64,000 nt of DNA, from positions 15,094 to 79,093 of the IMG/VR virus record IMGVR_UViG_3300035703_000055; one strand, written 5' to 3'. The notes beneath the pieces were generated by a model, which saw only the letters and a list, made by a program, of their open reading frames with translations, ran no database searches and was not told the origin of the DNA. This stretch comes from a virus. The number at the start of each line of letters is the position of its first letter. Within the stretch, counting starts at the first letter, position 1. A program made the position numbers and the translations under genes. Shown piece by piece: positions 53,957 through 62,841 of this stretch.

Positions 53957-54200
53957 GTGATACTGATTGTGGTACTGGCGCTACACCGCCTGAAGAACCG
54001 CATGAAATAAGGCTCTTCGAAAGAGTCCGTCTCCGCCAGCGACCCCTCCGCGAGCGTTCGCTGGCTTCCAAACCACCACCTAAGTCCCTGATTTTCCTCC
54101 GAATCCCCGTTCGCGGACGTCCGTTCGCGTTCGCCGCCAGCCGCGCACGCCTGAGATACTGGCTGTGTTACCGGAGCCCTCCTGTGATACCGTGATACCA
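53957..54200. mobile_element. attP: tRNA-3'-like core with integrase arm repeats
   Basis: TCCGTCTCCGCCA at 54026-54038; G(T/A)G(A/G/T)TAC(T/C)(G/A) repeats at 53957, 53969, 54153, 54165, 54184, 54192. Confidence 0.65.
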
Positions 54201-54211
54201 GGGAGGTGGTC

Positions 54212-55441
54212 ATGGCCAGAGACCTGCTGACGGTCGCATCGCTGGAGTCGAAATACAAGGAAGCGGCCGCACGCGCAGCAGCCGACAGGACGCGCGTTCG
54301 AATCGCTGACGGCAACAACCTGCACCTGGTGGTGCGCGAGAACGGCACGGCCTCGTGGCAGCTGCTGGTGACGATGGCCGGCAAGCGCAGGCCGGTCACC
54401 CTGGGCAAGTGGCCCGACGTCACGCTCAAGCGCGCCAGATCGCTCGCTGACGACGCCCGGGACGTGGCTGCGGCCGGTGTCAGCCCTACCGAGAAAAAGC
54501 GCCAGGAACGGGCCAAGAAGGCCGTTGCCGAGCACGGCGACCTCACGGTGCGCAATCTCATGGTCATGTGGCTGGACAAGCACCGGGGCTCGACGGTGTA
54601 CATCGGCAACATCCAGGCCGCCTTCACCAAGGATGTGCTGCCCGAGATTGGCGCGCTGCACCCGGGCAAAGTGGAGCGCCGGCACATCATCGCGCTGCTG
54701 CGCAAGATGGAGCGCCGCAACGCTCTGGTCATGCTGCGCCGGCTGCGCATGTGGCTCAAGCAGATGTACGAGTTCGCCCTGGACGCCGAGATCGTGCCTA
54801 GCTCGCCAGTGCCTACCGGCCACCTCAAAAGCTTCATGGCGCCGGAGGAGGGGCACTTTGCAGCCATCACCAACCCGGACGACGTTGGGCCTTTGCTGCG
54901 GGCGATTGACGGCTATGGCCAGCCGGTGGTGCGCCTGGCGCTGCTGCTGTCCGCGCACCTGTTTCAGCGGCCGACTGAACTGCGTGAGGCCAAGTGGAGC
55001 GAGTTCGACCTGACCGCCGGCCGATGGGCGATCCCGGAGAGCCGGATGAAGATGGGTCGCGAGCACTGGGTGCCGCTGTCGCCGCGCGTGGTTGCGTTGC
55101 TGCGCCAGCTGCAGGGCATCGTGGGCGATGAGGGTTGGCTGTTTCCTGGCCGGCGCTACGACCAACCGATCAGCGAGGGCACGCTCAAGGGCGCCCTGGA
55201 TACCTTGGGCTACGCCGGAAGGCACACGGCACATGGCTTCAGGGCCATGGCGCACACGATTCTGGCCGAGCAGCTCAAGGTGGACGAGCGCTTCATTGAG
55301 AAGCAGCTGTCACACGAGGAAGAGAACAAGATCAAGCGGGCCTACAACCGTGCTGAGTTTTGGCAGGATCGTGTCAAGATGCTGCATGACTGGTCGGCGT
55401 GGCTTGACGCTCAGCAACGCGGTCCGCAATCCAGTCAGTGA
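54212..55441 (+). CDS. int: Tyrosine integrase, P4/IntA family
   Basis: Arm-binding N-domain; RPTELR, MKMGREHWVPLS, HGFRA, LSH, AY catalytic motifs. Confidence 0.95.
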   Translation: MARDLLTVASLESKYKEAAARAAADRTRVRIADGNNLHLVVRENGTASWQLLVTMAGKRRPVTLGKWPDVTLKRARSLADDARDVAAAGVSPTEKKRQERAKKAVAEHGDLTVRNLMVMWLDKHRGSTVYIGNIQAAFTKDVLPEIGALHPGKVERRHIIALLRKMERRNALVMLRRLRMWLKQMYEFALDAEIVPSSPVPTGHLKSFMAPEEGHFAAITNPDDVGPLLRAIDGYGQPVVRLALLLSAHLFQRPTELREAKWSEFDLTAGRWAIPESRMKMGREHWVPLSPRVVALLRQLQGIVGDEGWLFPGRRYDQPISEGTLKGALDTLGYAGRHTAHGFRAMAHTILAEQLKVDERFIEKQLSHEEENKIKRAYNRAEFWQDRVKMLHDWSAWLDAQQRGPQSSQ

Positions 55442-55577
55442 TTTCCTGCTCAACCCAGGCGCTGGCTGTGCCGATCTTCACCGGTCTGGGGAATTCGTCC
55501 TGGGCCATCATCTTGTAGACCGCGGTCTTCTTGAGCGAAACGCGCTCGAGTACGTCCGGCAGGCGGATGAGCTTCAC
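55374..55577 (-). CDS. alpA: AlpA-family excisionase/regulator
   Basis: LIRLPDV..VY..FPRPVKIG..AW..EI..WI; GTG start. Confidence 0.88.
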   Translation of the reverse strand: MKLIRLPDVLERVSLKKTAVYKMMAQDEFPRPVKIGTASAWVEQEITDWIADRVAERQATPTSHAAS

Positions 55578-56158
55578 TCGACTTCCTCGTGCTCCGGCCC
55601 TGGCTTGACGTGCTGAATAGCCAATCCGAGCAGACCCTCGCAATGGTGCAGCTGGCTCATGGCCATGGCGTGCAGGTTGCGGTCAGCCTTGTCCAAGACG
55701 GCCAGCATCAGGCGCTTCTCTTCCAGGTAGGTCACCGCAAACTTCGGGTCATGCTTGACGATCGATGAGGTGTTGCTCATCATGTCCGCGACCTTGATCG
55801 TCTGGACCCACCCGGGTGATGCATTGAGGCGACGGCGCGATGCGGCCTTGCGCTCAGCGCGGTTGCCCTCTTCAACATCAGAGAGCATGACAACGCCAGC
55901 CATCACGTCAACGCCAAACAGCTTCTCGAGCTCCGCCGGGTCGACGCCCTGATCCTCAACGCAGTCGTGCAGCCAGCACACAGCCAAAAGCTTGTCGGGG
56001 TGAATCTGAGAGTTGTGCCAGCCTGCCGACATTGCAATGCCGGCCACCTCCGCGAGATGGTCGGAGTAGGGGTTGTCGGTGTACTTGCGAAGCTGGTGCG
56101 CGTGCGCCGAGCGGGCAAATTTCATGGCCTCGAGTGCCAGTGTGCGTTCAGTCTGCAT
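55574..56158 (-). CDS. HD-domain protein, SpoT/Mesh1-type small alarmone hydrolase-like
   Basis: AH..Q.RK...PY..H, LHDCVED, IKVAD..SN. Confidence 0.85.
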   Translation of the reverse strand: MQTERTLALEAMKFARSAHAHQLRKYTDNPYSDHLAEVAGIAMSAGWHNSQIHPDKLLAVCWLHDCVEDQGVDPAELEKLFGVDVMAGVVMLSDVEEGNRAERKAASRRRLNASPGWVQTIKVADMMSNTSSIVKHDPKFAVTYLEEKRLMLAVLDKADRNLHAMAMSQLHHCEGLLGLAIQHVKPGPEHEEVE

Positions 56159-56510
56159 CGCTCATCCTTTTCAGAACGTCGGCCGCAAAATCGTTGCGGC
56201 GCTTGTTGAGGGCTCGGCCCATGCTCATGACCTCCTCGAGGTCCTTGTCGCTGATGTCGCCGCACGCCTTTGCGCCAATGCTTGAAACGATGCTCAGGCA
56301 GGCCTCGTGCAATGCAAGTGCCGCCTCTTTTGCGCCCTCGTCGGCAATCATGGTCAGCTTGCCGACCATGTCCATCAATTGAACGCACTCGAAGTTGATG
56401 GCCACCGCGTTGGCAAACGCCTCGCCTTTGACCGCTGCGGTAGAGGCAAGCATCTCTGTGATGTTTTCGCCGAGAGCCTCGGCTTCCTTGGTGAATTTTT
56501 CTTGGCTCAT
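56148..56510 (-). CDS. Hypothetical protein
   Basis: AAGGA RBS; helical. Confidence 0.6.
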   Translation of the reverse strand: MSQEKFTKEAEALGENITEMLASTAAVKGEAFANAVAINFECVQLMDMVGKLTMIADEGAKEAALALHEACLSIVSSIGAKACGDISDKDLEEVMSMGRALNKRRNDFAADVLKRMSDAD

Positions 56511-56512
56511 CT

Positions 56513-56680
56513 TTATTTCCTTTTCGCCTGGAAGCCGCGCCAGCAGCCAACACACCGCCACTTGCCGGGCGACATCTCAATGCCACCCGCTGGGTCCTTC
56601 TGCTTGCCGCACTTGCCGCACAGCTTGAAGCGCTGATCGTTCTTCAAGCTGCCTGGCAGCTCGACGGTTGGGCCGCTCAT
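56513..56680 (-). CDS. Small Zn-ribbon protein (55 aa)
   Basis: CGKC..GG..WRCVGCW by hand translation. Confidence 0.6.
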   Translation of the reverse strand: MSGPTVELPGSLKNDQRFKLCGKCGKQKDPAGGIEMSPGKWRCVGCWRGFQAKRK

Positions 56681-57126
56681 ACGCAGTCACCAAGGAACGG
56701 CTTCACAAACCGGCTTGACTTGCCGATCTTGCCGCCGGGCAAAATCACTGCAGTGCCGTCTTCATTCAGCTTCAGGTTGTTCGAGAAGATGACGCGGCGA
56801 TCAGCCTCTTCTTTGTCCATGCCGGCCAAGTAGGCGACGCCGTTTCCGGTCACCTCAACGTCGCACAAGGCATCCAGGAAGTTCACGCGATCCTTGATGC
56901 GGATGCTGGTTGCGCCCTGCTTGAGGCGGTGGGCCAGGCCCTTGAGGCGGGTGGAGACCAACACGAGGGATTCGTTGTCGGCCGCAGATCCAGTGACAAT
57001 CAGCTCGTCGAGCTGCTCGCAGATCTCCTCAAAGTGACAGCCGACCTGGGTGCCCAGGTTCTTGTCGTTTGGCTCTTTTCCGCAGGCCTTGAGCCAGTCG
57101 GCGGTTTGTTTGAAGTTGGATTTCAT
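56677..57126 (-). CDS. MazG-like NTP pyrophosphohydrolase
   Basis: HFEEICE..LDALCD..V..SN..K..GKI.K. Confidence 0.8.
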   Translation of the reverse strand: MKSNFKQTADWLKACGKEPNDKNLGTQVGCHFEEICEQLDELIVTGSAADNESLVLVSTRLKGLAHRLKQGATSIRIKDRVNFLDALCDVEVTGNGVAYLAGMDKEEADRRVIFSNNLKLNEDGTAVILPGGKIGKSSRFVKPFLGDCV

Positions 57127-57180
57127 AGTGAAGGTTTTGTTGGTGTGCCAACAAATTGTAGCACACCAGGCCAGAAAAAA

Positions 57181-57489
57181 TCACGACGCACTGTGAAGCG
57201 CATTCGAGGCCCTGCGGATGAGGTATGTCCTGACCAGCGAAACAGCGGTAAAGCACCACCCGCCCCACCAGTTGGTTGAGAGTGTCACGCCGTAGCCGCC
57301 AGTCATGAGTGGGATCATCACTGTGTTCATTCCCATGTTGAGAGCAAACCCGACAACGATGTGAACCCACGACTCAACGATTGCCCAGCGAGGCGTCTGG
57401 CCGGCGCCAGTGTTGTTGCGATAGTTGTACCAGGTGAACACCGCAACAAACACCATCGACGCCAACCCTAGAGCGGTGAGCAAGCTCAT
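57181..57489 (-). CDS. Small membrane protein
   Basis: QT....ES....VG..FT.VS.VR.Y..RR pattern often found near nucleotide genes. Confidence 0.65.
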   Translation of the reverse strand: MSLLTALGLASMVFVAVFTWYNYRNNTGAGQTPRWAIVESWVHIVVGFALNMGMNTVMIPLMTGGYGVTLSTNWWGGWCFTAVSLVRTYLIRRASNALHSAS

Positions 57490-58055
57490 GCGTGCTCCAC
57501 GTTGACGCCGTACTCGAGCGCCGCGCCAACCGCGTGCCTGAGCCGATCGATTGAGTCACTGTTGTCAATGACGTAGTCGTAGGGCAGGCTCGCGATCAGG
57601 TCTTCGCTGGCATGCGCACGCACGGGCTCGACGCCTGGGCGAATGATTTTCCAGATGACGCCGCCCTGGGCCTTGACCCATGCTGCCTCGTTTGGAAAAC
57701 GCACATCGCTGATCACCACACCGCGGCTGTCGTGCCGCGCGTACATGGCGATCTTGGCGGCCGCGATCTTGAGCCACAGATCGGGGTTGATGGCTCGCCC
57801 CCACTCTGTGCCCAGCTGCTGGGCCAGGGTTCGGTAGCTGGCGCCAATCTCAGGGATTGCCACCTCTTTGCGGTCACGGTCAGTCATCCAGCCGTTGTCC
57901 ACGCCGATGCTGTCAAACAGCGCGCTCAGCATGTCTCGGATCGGGTCGGCAAAGGCGATGCCGTCGATCTCGTGACGCTCCTCGAGGATCTCGCGCACCG
58001 TGTCTTTGCCGCTGCCGGCGTAGCCTGTCAGGCCGATCAGGAGGGGCTTGGTCAT
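57486..58055 (-). CDS. Deoxynucleoside monophosphate kinase
   Basis: IGLTGYAGSGKDT, FADPIR, QLGTEWGR, SDVRFPNE. Confidence 0.9.
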   Translation of the reverse strand: MTKPLLIGLTGYAGSGKDTVREILEERHEIDGIAFADPIRDMLSALFDSIGVDNGWMTDRDRKEVAIPEIGASYRTLAQQLGTEWGRAINPDLWLKIAAAKIAMYARHDSRGVVISDVRFPNEAAWVKAQGGVIWKIIRPGVEPVRAHASEDLIASLPYDYVIDNSDSIDRLRHAVGAALEYGVNVEHA

Positions 58056-58255
58056 AGCTCCTCCCACGTCTTGACCCAGTGGCTGCCGCGAACTTTGCCT
58101 TCGTCACCCAGCATAAGCACGCCACCGCTGTAATCAACGACACGCCTACGGGCAACAATCCGGCTCACATGCAGCGAGATGCTGCCGTTGTCATCGACCA
58201 GCAACACGTCAGGCTGCGGCTCGCGCTTGAAGAGGCGCTTGATGAATTCGATCAT
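58052..58255 (-). CDS. Hypothetical protein
   Basis: Coupled 67-aa ORF. Confidence 0.55.
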   Translation of the reverse strand: MIEFIKRLFKREPQPDVLLVDDNGSISLHVSRIVARRRVVDYSGGVLMLGDEGKVRGSHWVKTWEEL

Positions 58256-58731
58256 GCGTCCTCCCGTGTAACCGATTCGGACTCTGTGCCCGATGCCAGA
58301 TAGCCGGGTGTTGGGTACGAACCGTTGCCTCCGGGATGACCTTCCACGGGCCTCGCCACGTTGCGCTGCACGGTCTCGCGAACGGCGTGCGGCTTGAAAA
58401 CCATGGCCATTGCGTCCTTGTAGGCGCCGGCGCTGGCTTCGGCGACCTTCTTTTCCCAGACCGCGTCATTACCCTTGGCAACCGCGTCGCGCATGGCGTC
58501 GACCTGTTTGGCCTGCTCTGTGAGGCGGGCACTCAGGAGCTCAATGTCGTCGAACTGGCGGCTGTTCTTCTGAAGGAGGTCATCGACCTGCTTCTTCAAG
58601 CGGTCTCGTTCGTTGAGCGTCGACTGCAAGCTGTCTTTGATAGCCTTGATGCCCTCAAGCGCGTCCAGGCCGAACGTCTTCGATGCGACGAGGTCGTCGA
58701 TCTGCTGGAGTATTTGTTCGTTGGTGCTCAT
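58252..58731 (-). CDS. Coiled-coil hypothetical protein
   Basis: 159 aa, coupled. Confidence 0.65.
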   Translation of the reverse strand: MSTNEQILQQIDDLVASKTFGLDALEGIKAIKDSLQSTLNERDRLKKQVDDLLQKNSRQFDDIELLSARLTEQAKQVDAMRDAVAKGNDAVWEKKVAEASAGAYKDAMAMVFKPHAVRETVQRNVARPVEGHPGGNGSYPTPGYLASGTESESVTREDA

Positions 58732-59639
58732 TCGGTTTCTCCGGTTTGCATCTCGCCGCCCAGGGCCTCAATCAGCTCGGCGATCATCGGCGCCAGCAAG
58801 CCGGTCGACAGCGCAACATCGGAGTCGAAGCGGTCTTCGTTCTTGTCGGTGCCCGACGCATCCATCACGCCGTCCAAGAGCGCGATCTTCTTGAGCTGCA
58901 GGTGCTCGGTCAGCGTGACGCTCACCTTGCCGTCCCAGCTCATTGCCAGCTGCGTGGGCAGCTTGCCTTCGGTGATGTGCTTGCGAACCTCGGGGTTGTC
59001 GAGGTTGTGCTTGGCGAACTTCACGGTGGCAGAGTCTTCGCCGTTGGACTTGAGCACGCACTCACGCTCAATCGCAAATGCGCCGGGCATGTCCAGGTGG
59101 TCGCTCAGCAGCCACTGCGTCATGGCCGCCTGGGGTGATGTGGTGGTCTGGATCAGCGAGACCGTCAAGCCCTCGACTGAATGCAGCAGCGCAGAGACGA
59201 CGTCGTCGGCGGCAGACTGCGAGCCCGCGCCAATGACCAGCGTGCCGGCCTTGGGGTCAATCCACACCAAGATGTGCTTGAGCTTGGGGAATGCCTTAGG
59301 CAGCAGCGCATACACGGCCTCGTCCTTGAGGTCGCGCCGCTCTTTCTTGCCAGGCTTGCGACCAGTGGCCGCCTCAATGGCTTCGATCTGCGCGCTGACC
59401 AGCTTGTCGACCTCGCTGGATGGAACCGACTTGGTCTCAATGGCCAGCTTGGCGATCCATTGCCCACCGACGGATTCGACGAAAGCGCCGTTTTCCTCGC
59501 GAGGGGGAGTCCAGCCGATGGACTTGTCCTGCGTCGGGCCGCATGAGGCGAAGGCGGCGCTGGACAGCTTTTCGCTCAGCTCGCTGAGGCTGTGACCGAT
59601 CTTGTCGGCCAGCTTGTAAATGATTGCTTGTTTGAACAT
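58728..59639 (-). CDS. rdgC: Recombination-associated protein RdgC
   Basis: MFKQAIIY, S.GW.PP, LLPKAF, FDSDVAL..L...LGGE. Confidence 0.9.
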   Translation of the reverse strand: MFKQAIIYKLADKIGHSLSELSEKLSSAAFASCGPTQDKSIGWTPPREENGAFVESVGGQWIAKLAIETKSVPSSEVDKLVSAQIEAIEAATGRKPGKKERRDLKDEAVYALLPKAFPKLKHILVWIDPKAGTLVIGAGSQSAADDVVSALLHSVEGLTVSLIQTTTSPQAAMTQWLLSDHLDMPGAFAIERECVLKSNGEDSATVKFAKHNLDNPEVRKHITEGKLPTQLAMSWDGKVSVTLTEHLQLKKIALLDGVMDASGTDKNEDRFDSDVALSTGLLAPMIAELIEALGGEMQTGETE

Positions 59640-59654
59640 CGACTGCCTTTGGAG

Positions 59655-59894
59655 TTACGCAGAGACGCTTGCCAGAACGCGCTCGAGGGCGGGCTTGGAA
59701 AGGCCTGTGAGCATGCGATCGATGCTGGAGTGACGTGGGATGTGACGCTCGCGCGAGACGGCTTCAATCAGGCCGGGGGTGTTCACAACCACTTCTGTCT
59801 CGCCGGTGACTGAGTTTCGAATTCGTGCGGTGATCGCCTCTTTGATTGCCCGGACGGGCTTGAGTGTCGTGGCTGGTGTTTTGCGGAAGTTCAT
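59655..59894 (-). CDS. Hypothetical basic protein
   Basis: CAGGAG RBS; MNFRKTP... Confidence 0.55.
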   Translation of the reverse strand: MNFRKTPATTLKPVRAIKEAITARIRNSVTGETEVVVNTPGLIEAVSRERHIPRHSSIDRMLTGLSKPALERVLASVSA

Positions 59895-59919
59895 GTGGTT
59901 CTCCTGGTGATTTAAAAGT

Positions 59920-59982
59920 GGGCCTACTCGCTGCGTCCGTGGGTAGATCGCTAATCGCTCCCACGGCATCCGCTTTCGGCCC
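59920..59982 (-). ncRNA. Structured intergenic hairpin with loop-E-like motif
   Basis: GGGCC-GAAA-GC..CCGTGGG..CCCACGG..GC-GAGTA-GGCCC. Confidence 0.5.
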
Positions 59983-59988
59983 TATTCG

Positions 59989-60420
59989 TTACGCTTTGGC
60001 CGGAGCCTCTTCGGTCTCGGCTACTGCGTCAGCGTCGCCAACCAAGCCGGTCTCCGACGCGGATGTGCCGTCGGTTTCAGCAAAAGGGTTGGTGGCGGCC
60101 TCTTGCGCAGGCTCTTGCACGGGCTCCTGCACGGGCTCTTGCACGGACCCGGCCTTGGTGGCTTGGCCGATTTGATAAGGCATCCAGGTGGCGTACGCGC
60201 CGCCGTCCGGCGTTGTGGTGTCGGGTTGCACCAATTCAACATTGCTGCGCTGCTGGGTGCTGCCGTAGGCATCAAACACAGCCAGGTTGATCAGGCGATC
60301 GTTGTGAACGCCGGCCACGATGGCTGCCAGGGGTTGACCGCCGATGCGGCCAATGCCGTCATGAGGAGCTGGATAAAACCAGACAATGCGGCCGGGGGTG
60401 GGGGAGATGACTTGAGTCAT
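59989..60420 (-). CDS. Phage protein with VQEP repeats
   Basis: PTPGRIVWF..AAIV..INLAVFD..WMPYQ; 12-bp tandem repeats near 60107-60146. Confidence 0.7.
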   Translation of the reverse strand: MTQVISPTPGRIVWFYPAPHDGIGRIGGQPLAAIVAGVHNDRLINLAVFDAYGSTQQRSNVELVQPDTTTPDGGAYATWMPYQIGQATKAGSVQEPVQEPVQEPAQEAATNPFAETDGTSASETGLVGDADAVAETEEAPAKA

Positions 60421-60455
60421 GGGTTTCCTTGGTTTGGTTGATGAAATTGTTGAGC

Positions 60456-60974
60456 TCAGAAGGGAATGTCGTCGTCCATGTCGTCAAACCCGCCCGCTGC
60501 TGGCGCTTGTTGACGTGGTGCCTGGCCTTGTGCCTGTGGGCGCTGCTGACGCTGCTGAGGTGCGCCGTAGCCGCTGTCTTGCTGGCGGGCTGGCTGCTGA
60601 CGAGGAGCGCTGCCGCCATCGCCACCTGCGCCGCCTTGGCCGCGTGAGCCGAGCATCTGCAGGGTGTCTGCCTTGATCTCGGTCGCAAACTTTTCGACAC
60701 CGTCTTTGTCGGTGTACTTGCGTGTTTGCAGCTTGCCTTCGATGTAGACCTGGCTGCCCTTGACCAGGTACTGGCCGGCGATCTCAGCAAGCTTTCCGAA
60801 GAAGCTGATGCGATGCCACTCTGTCTGTTCGCGGGCTTCGCCTGTTGCTTTGTCTTTCCACTTGTCAGTGGTTGCGACGGCGATGTTGGCGACTGCGTCG
60901 CCGCTTGGCATGTAGCGGACTTCGGGGTCTTTCCCAAGGTTGCCAACGATAATGACCTTGTTTACGGATGCCAT
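60456..60974 (-). CDS. ssb: Single-stranded DNA-binding protein
   Basis: [29 protein letters not shown]. Confidence 0.97.
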   Translation of the reverse strand: MASVNKVIIVGNLGKDPEVRYMPSGDAVANIAVATTDKWKDKATGEAREQTEWHRISFFGKLAEIAGQYLVKGSQVYIEGKLQTRKYTDKDGVEKFATEIKADTLQMLGSRGQGGAGGDGGSAPRQQPARQQDSGYGAPQQRQQRPQAQGQAPRQQAPAAGGFDDMDDDIPF

Positions 60975-60987
60975 GACTGGCCTTTCT

Positions 60988-61197
60988 TCAGTTGTAGTAC
61001 GAGGAGAGCTGGTTGTGAACGTAAATGAGCTTCTCCAGCTTGGTGCGCGAACTGGCGATGACCTTTTGGGCCTCGACGGCTTGCTTCTTGAAGGCAACCG
61101 ACGTCTCGTAAGAGCCGTTGTTCACCTTGTCGGGGACCTTCCGCAACATCTCTTTGATGCGGCCGGTGTAGTAGTCGGTTTGTTGTTGCTTATCCAT
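60988..61197 (-). CDS. Hypothetical protein
   Basis: 69 aa directly after a CATAAT box. Confidence 0.6.
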   Translation of the reverse strand: MDKQQQTDYYTGRIKEMLRKVPDKVNNGSYETSVAFKKQAVEAQKVIASSRTKLEKLIYVHNQLSSYYN

Positions 61198-61266
61198 GAT
61201 GTTGATTATGCAACAAAATGTTGGGCAGCAAACAAAAAAAGAGATGTCCGACCGATTTTGTCGGGA

Positions 61267-61464
61267 TTAGCGCTGGCCAGGATTGAAGTTGACATAGGCG
61301 CGCTTCAACTGCAGGTACATGGCACGGGTGGACATCGGCTCGTTGATGACCCGGTCGTGCCCCCTGATGGTGGCGACAATAAGCTCGCGGGGCACGTTCT
61401 CCTTGTTGGTGTACATCTCGATGGCAGCCATCTTGCGCAACTTTTTTGCAGTTTTTCCGTTCAT
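61267..61464 (-). CDS. Hypothetical basic protein
   Basis: MNGKTAKKLRK..R..Y..LK; AAGGA RBS. Confidence 0.65.
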   Translation of the reverse strand: MNGKTAKKLRKMAAIEMYTNKENVPRELIVATIRGHDRVINEPMSTRAMYLQLKRAYVNFNPGQR

Positions 61465-61480
61465 GATTTTCCTTCTGCGC

Positions 61481-62671
61481 TCACGCGCCTTTGACACACA
61501 AAATTTGCTTGAGGACGTGAACCACGTCGACCAAGTCGGTCTGGTTGGACATGACCACGTCGATGTCCTTGTAGCTGCCGGGGATCTCATCCAGCACCGC
61601 GTCATCCTTGCGGCACTCAACGCCCTGGGTCTGCTCCACCAGGTCGGTCAGGGTGAATCGGCGACGCGCCTCGGTGCGCGACATCTTGCGGCCGGCGCCG
61701 TGGCTGCATGAGCAGTAGGACTGCAGATCGCCCTTGCCGCGCACGATGTAGCTGCGCTGACCCATTGACCCAGGGATAATGCCCAGATCGCCTTCACGGG
61801 CCCGAATTGCGCCCTTGCGGGTCACCCACAGGTTCTTGCCGAAGTGGCTCTCGCGTGCCACGTAGTTGTGGTGGCAGTTGATCGCCTCCTGGGTGATGGT
61901 GAATTCGACGGGGATGTGGCGGCGCAGAGCTGCAATCACCTTGGCCATCATCCGAGCGCGGTTCTCCAGCGCGTAGCCCTGGGCCCACTCGACGGCGGCC
62001 ATGTAGTCGTTGAAGTCATCGGTGTTCTCGGGCAGGTAGGCGAGGTCGCCATCGGGCAGGGTGATGAAGAACATCTCCATGTTTCGCTTGGCCTTCTCGA
62101 TGTAGTGCTTGCCGATCATGTTGCCAATGCCGCGCGAGCCGCTGTGCAGCATGATCCAGACGTCCTGGTTCTCGTCGACGCACAGCTCGATGAAGTGATT
62201 TCCGGAGCCGAGCGAGCCCATCTGGGTTGACGCCTTGACCAGAAACTTGTCGAGGTTGCCGCCGAACAGGGGGTCGACCACGGTGCGCTGGATCTCCGCG
62301 GTAATCAGCCCGATGTCGGTTGTGTGGTCGTGCGCGCCGCCTGCGCCCAGGGGCACATCGCGCTCAATCTGATCACGGATCGACTTGAGCGACTCGGGCA
62401 GATTGGACGCCTTGAGCGAGAGGCGCACGGCGTTCATCCCACAGCCGATGTCAACTCCAACCGCAGCGGGGATCACAGCCTTGTCGGTTGCGATCACGGT
62501 GCCCACTGTTGAGCCGATGCCGGCGTGAACATCGGGCATGCAGGCCACGCCATTGGAGGCAATGAAAGGCAGGCGAGCCAGGTTCTTAAGTTGTGTGAGC
62601 GCCTCGACCTCGATGTCTTCGGTCCAGATCTTGATGGGCCGCGAGCCCTGGTCGTGAACTACTTGCTTCAT
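61481..62671 (-). CDS. rtcB: RtcB RNA ligase
   Basis: MPDVHAG, VGVDIGCG, GSGNHFIE, HSGSRG, HHNY, PGSM, SHGAGR, YKDI. Confidence 0.95.
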   Translation of the reverse strand: MKQVVHDQGSRPIKIWTEDIEVEALTQLKNLARLPFIASNGVACMPDVHAGIGSTVGTVIATDKAVIPAAVGVDIGCGMNAVRLSLKASNLPESLKSIRDQIERDVPLGAGGAHDHTTDIGLITAEIQRTVVDPLFGGNLDKFLVKASTQMGSLGSGNHFIELCVDENQDVWIMLHSGSRGIGNMIGKHYIEKAKRNMEMFFITLPDGDLAYLPENTDDFNDYMAAVEWAQGYALENRARMMAKVIAALRRHIPVEFTITQEAINCHHNYVARESHFGKNLWVTRKGAIRAREGDLGIIPGSMGQRSYIVRGKGDLQSYCSCSHGAGRKMSRTEARRRFTLTDLVEQTQGVECRKDDAVLDEIPGSYKDIDVVMSNQTDLVDVVHVLKQILCVKGA

Positions 62672-62740
62672 GATTTCTCTCAAAGTTCTTGTTGGTGCTC
62701 CGTATTATGCAACAAATTGTTGGCGGCACAACCAAAAGAA

Positions 62741-62832
62741 TGGTGTTCGGTTTGGCGCTTACGACATACGCCGACGGTGCCGCCCGGGAACTCCCCGGGC
62801 CTTCACCCCCGCTACGCAGAGGTGCCGTCCGA
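62741..62832 (-). ncRNA. Candidate multi-stem structured RNA between the two ligase genes
   Basis: Three-way junction plus hairpin; ends ..AACACCA. Confidence 0.4.
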
Positions 62833-62841
62833 TTTAAGCAA

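Noticed and set aside
54010-54040. Possible second tRNA (TTCGA..CCGCCA)
   Set aside because: No D or anticodon arm; better explained as the att core
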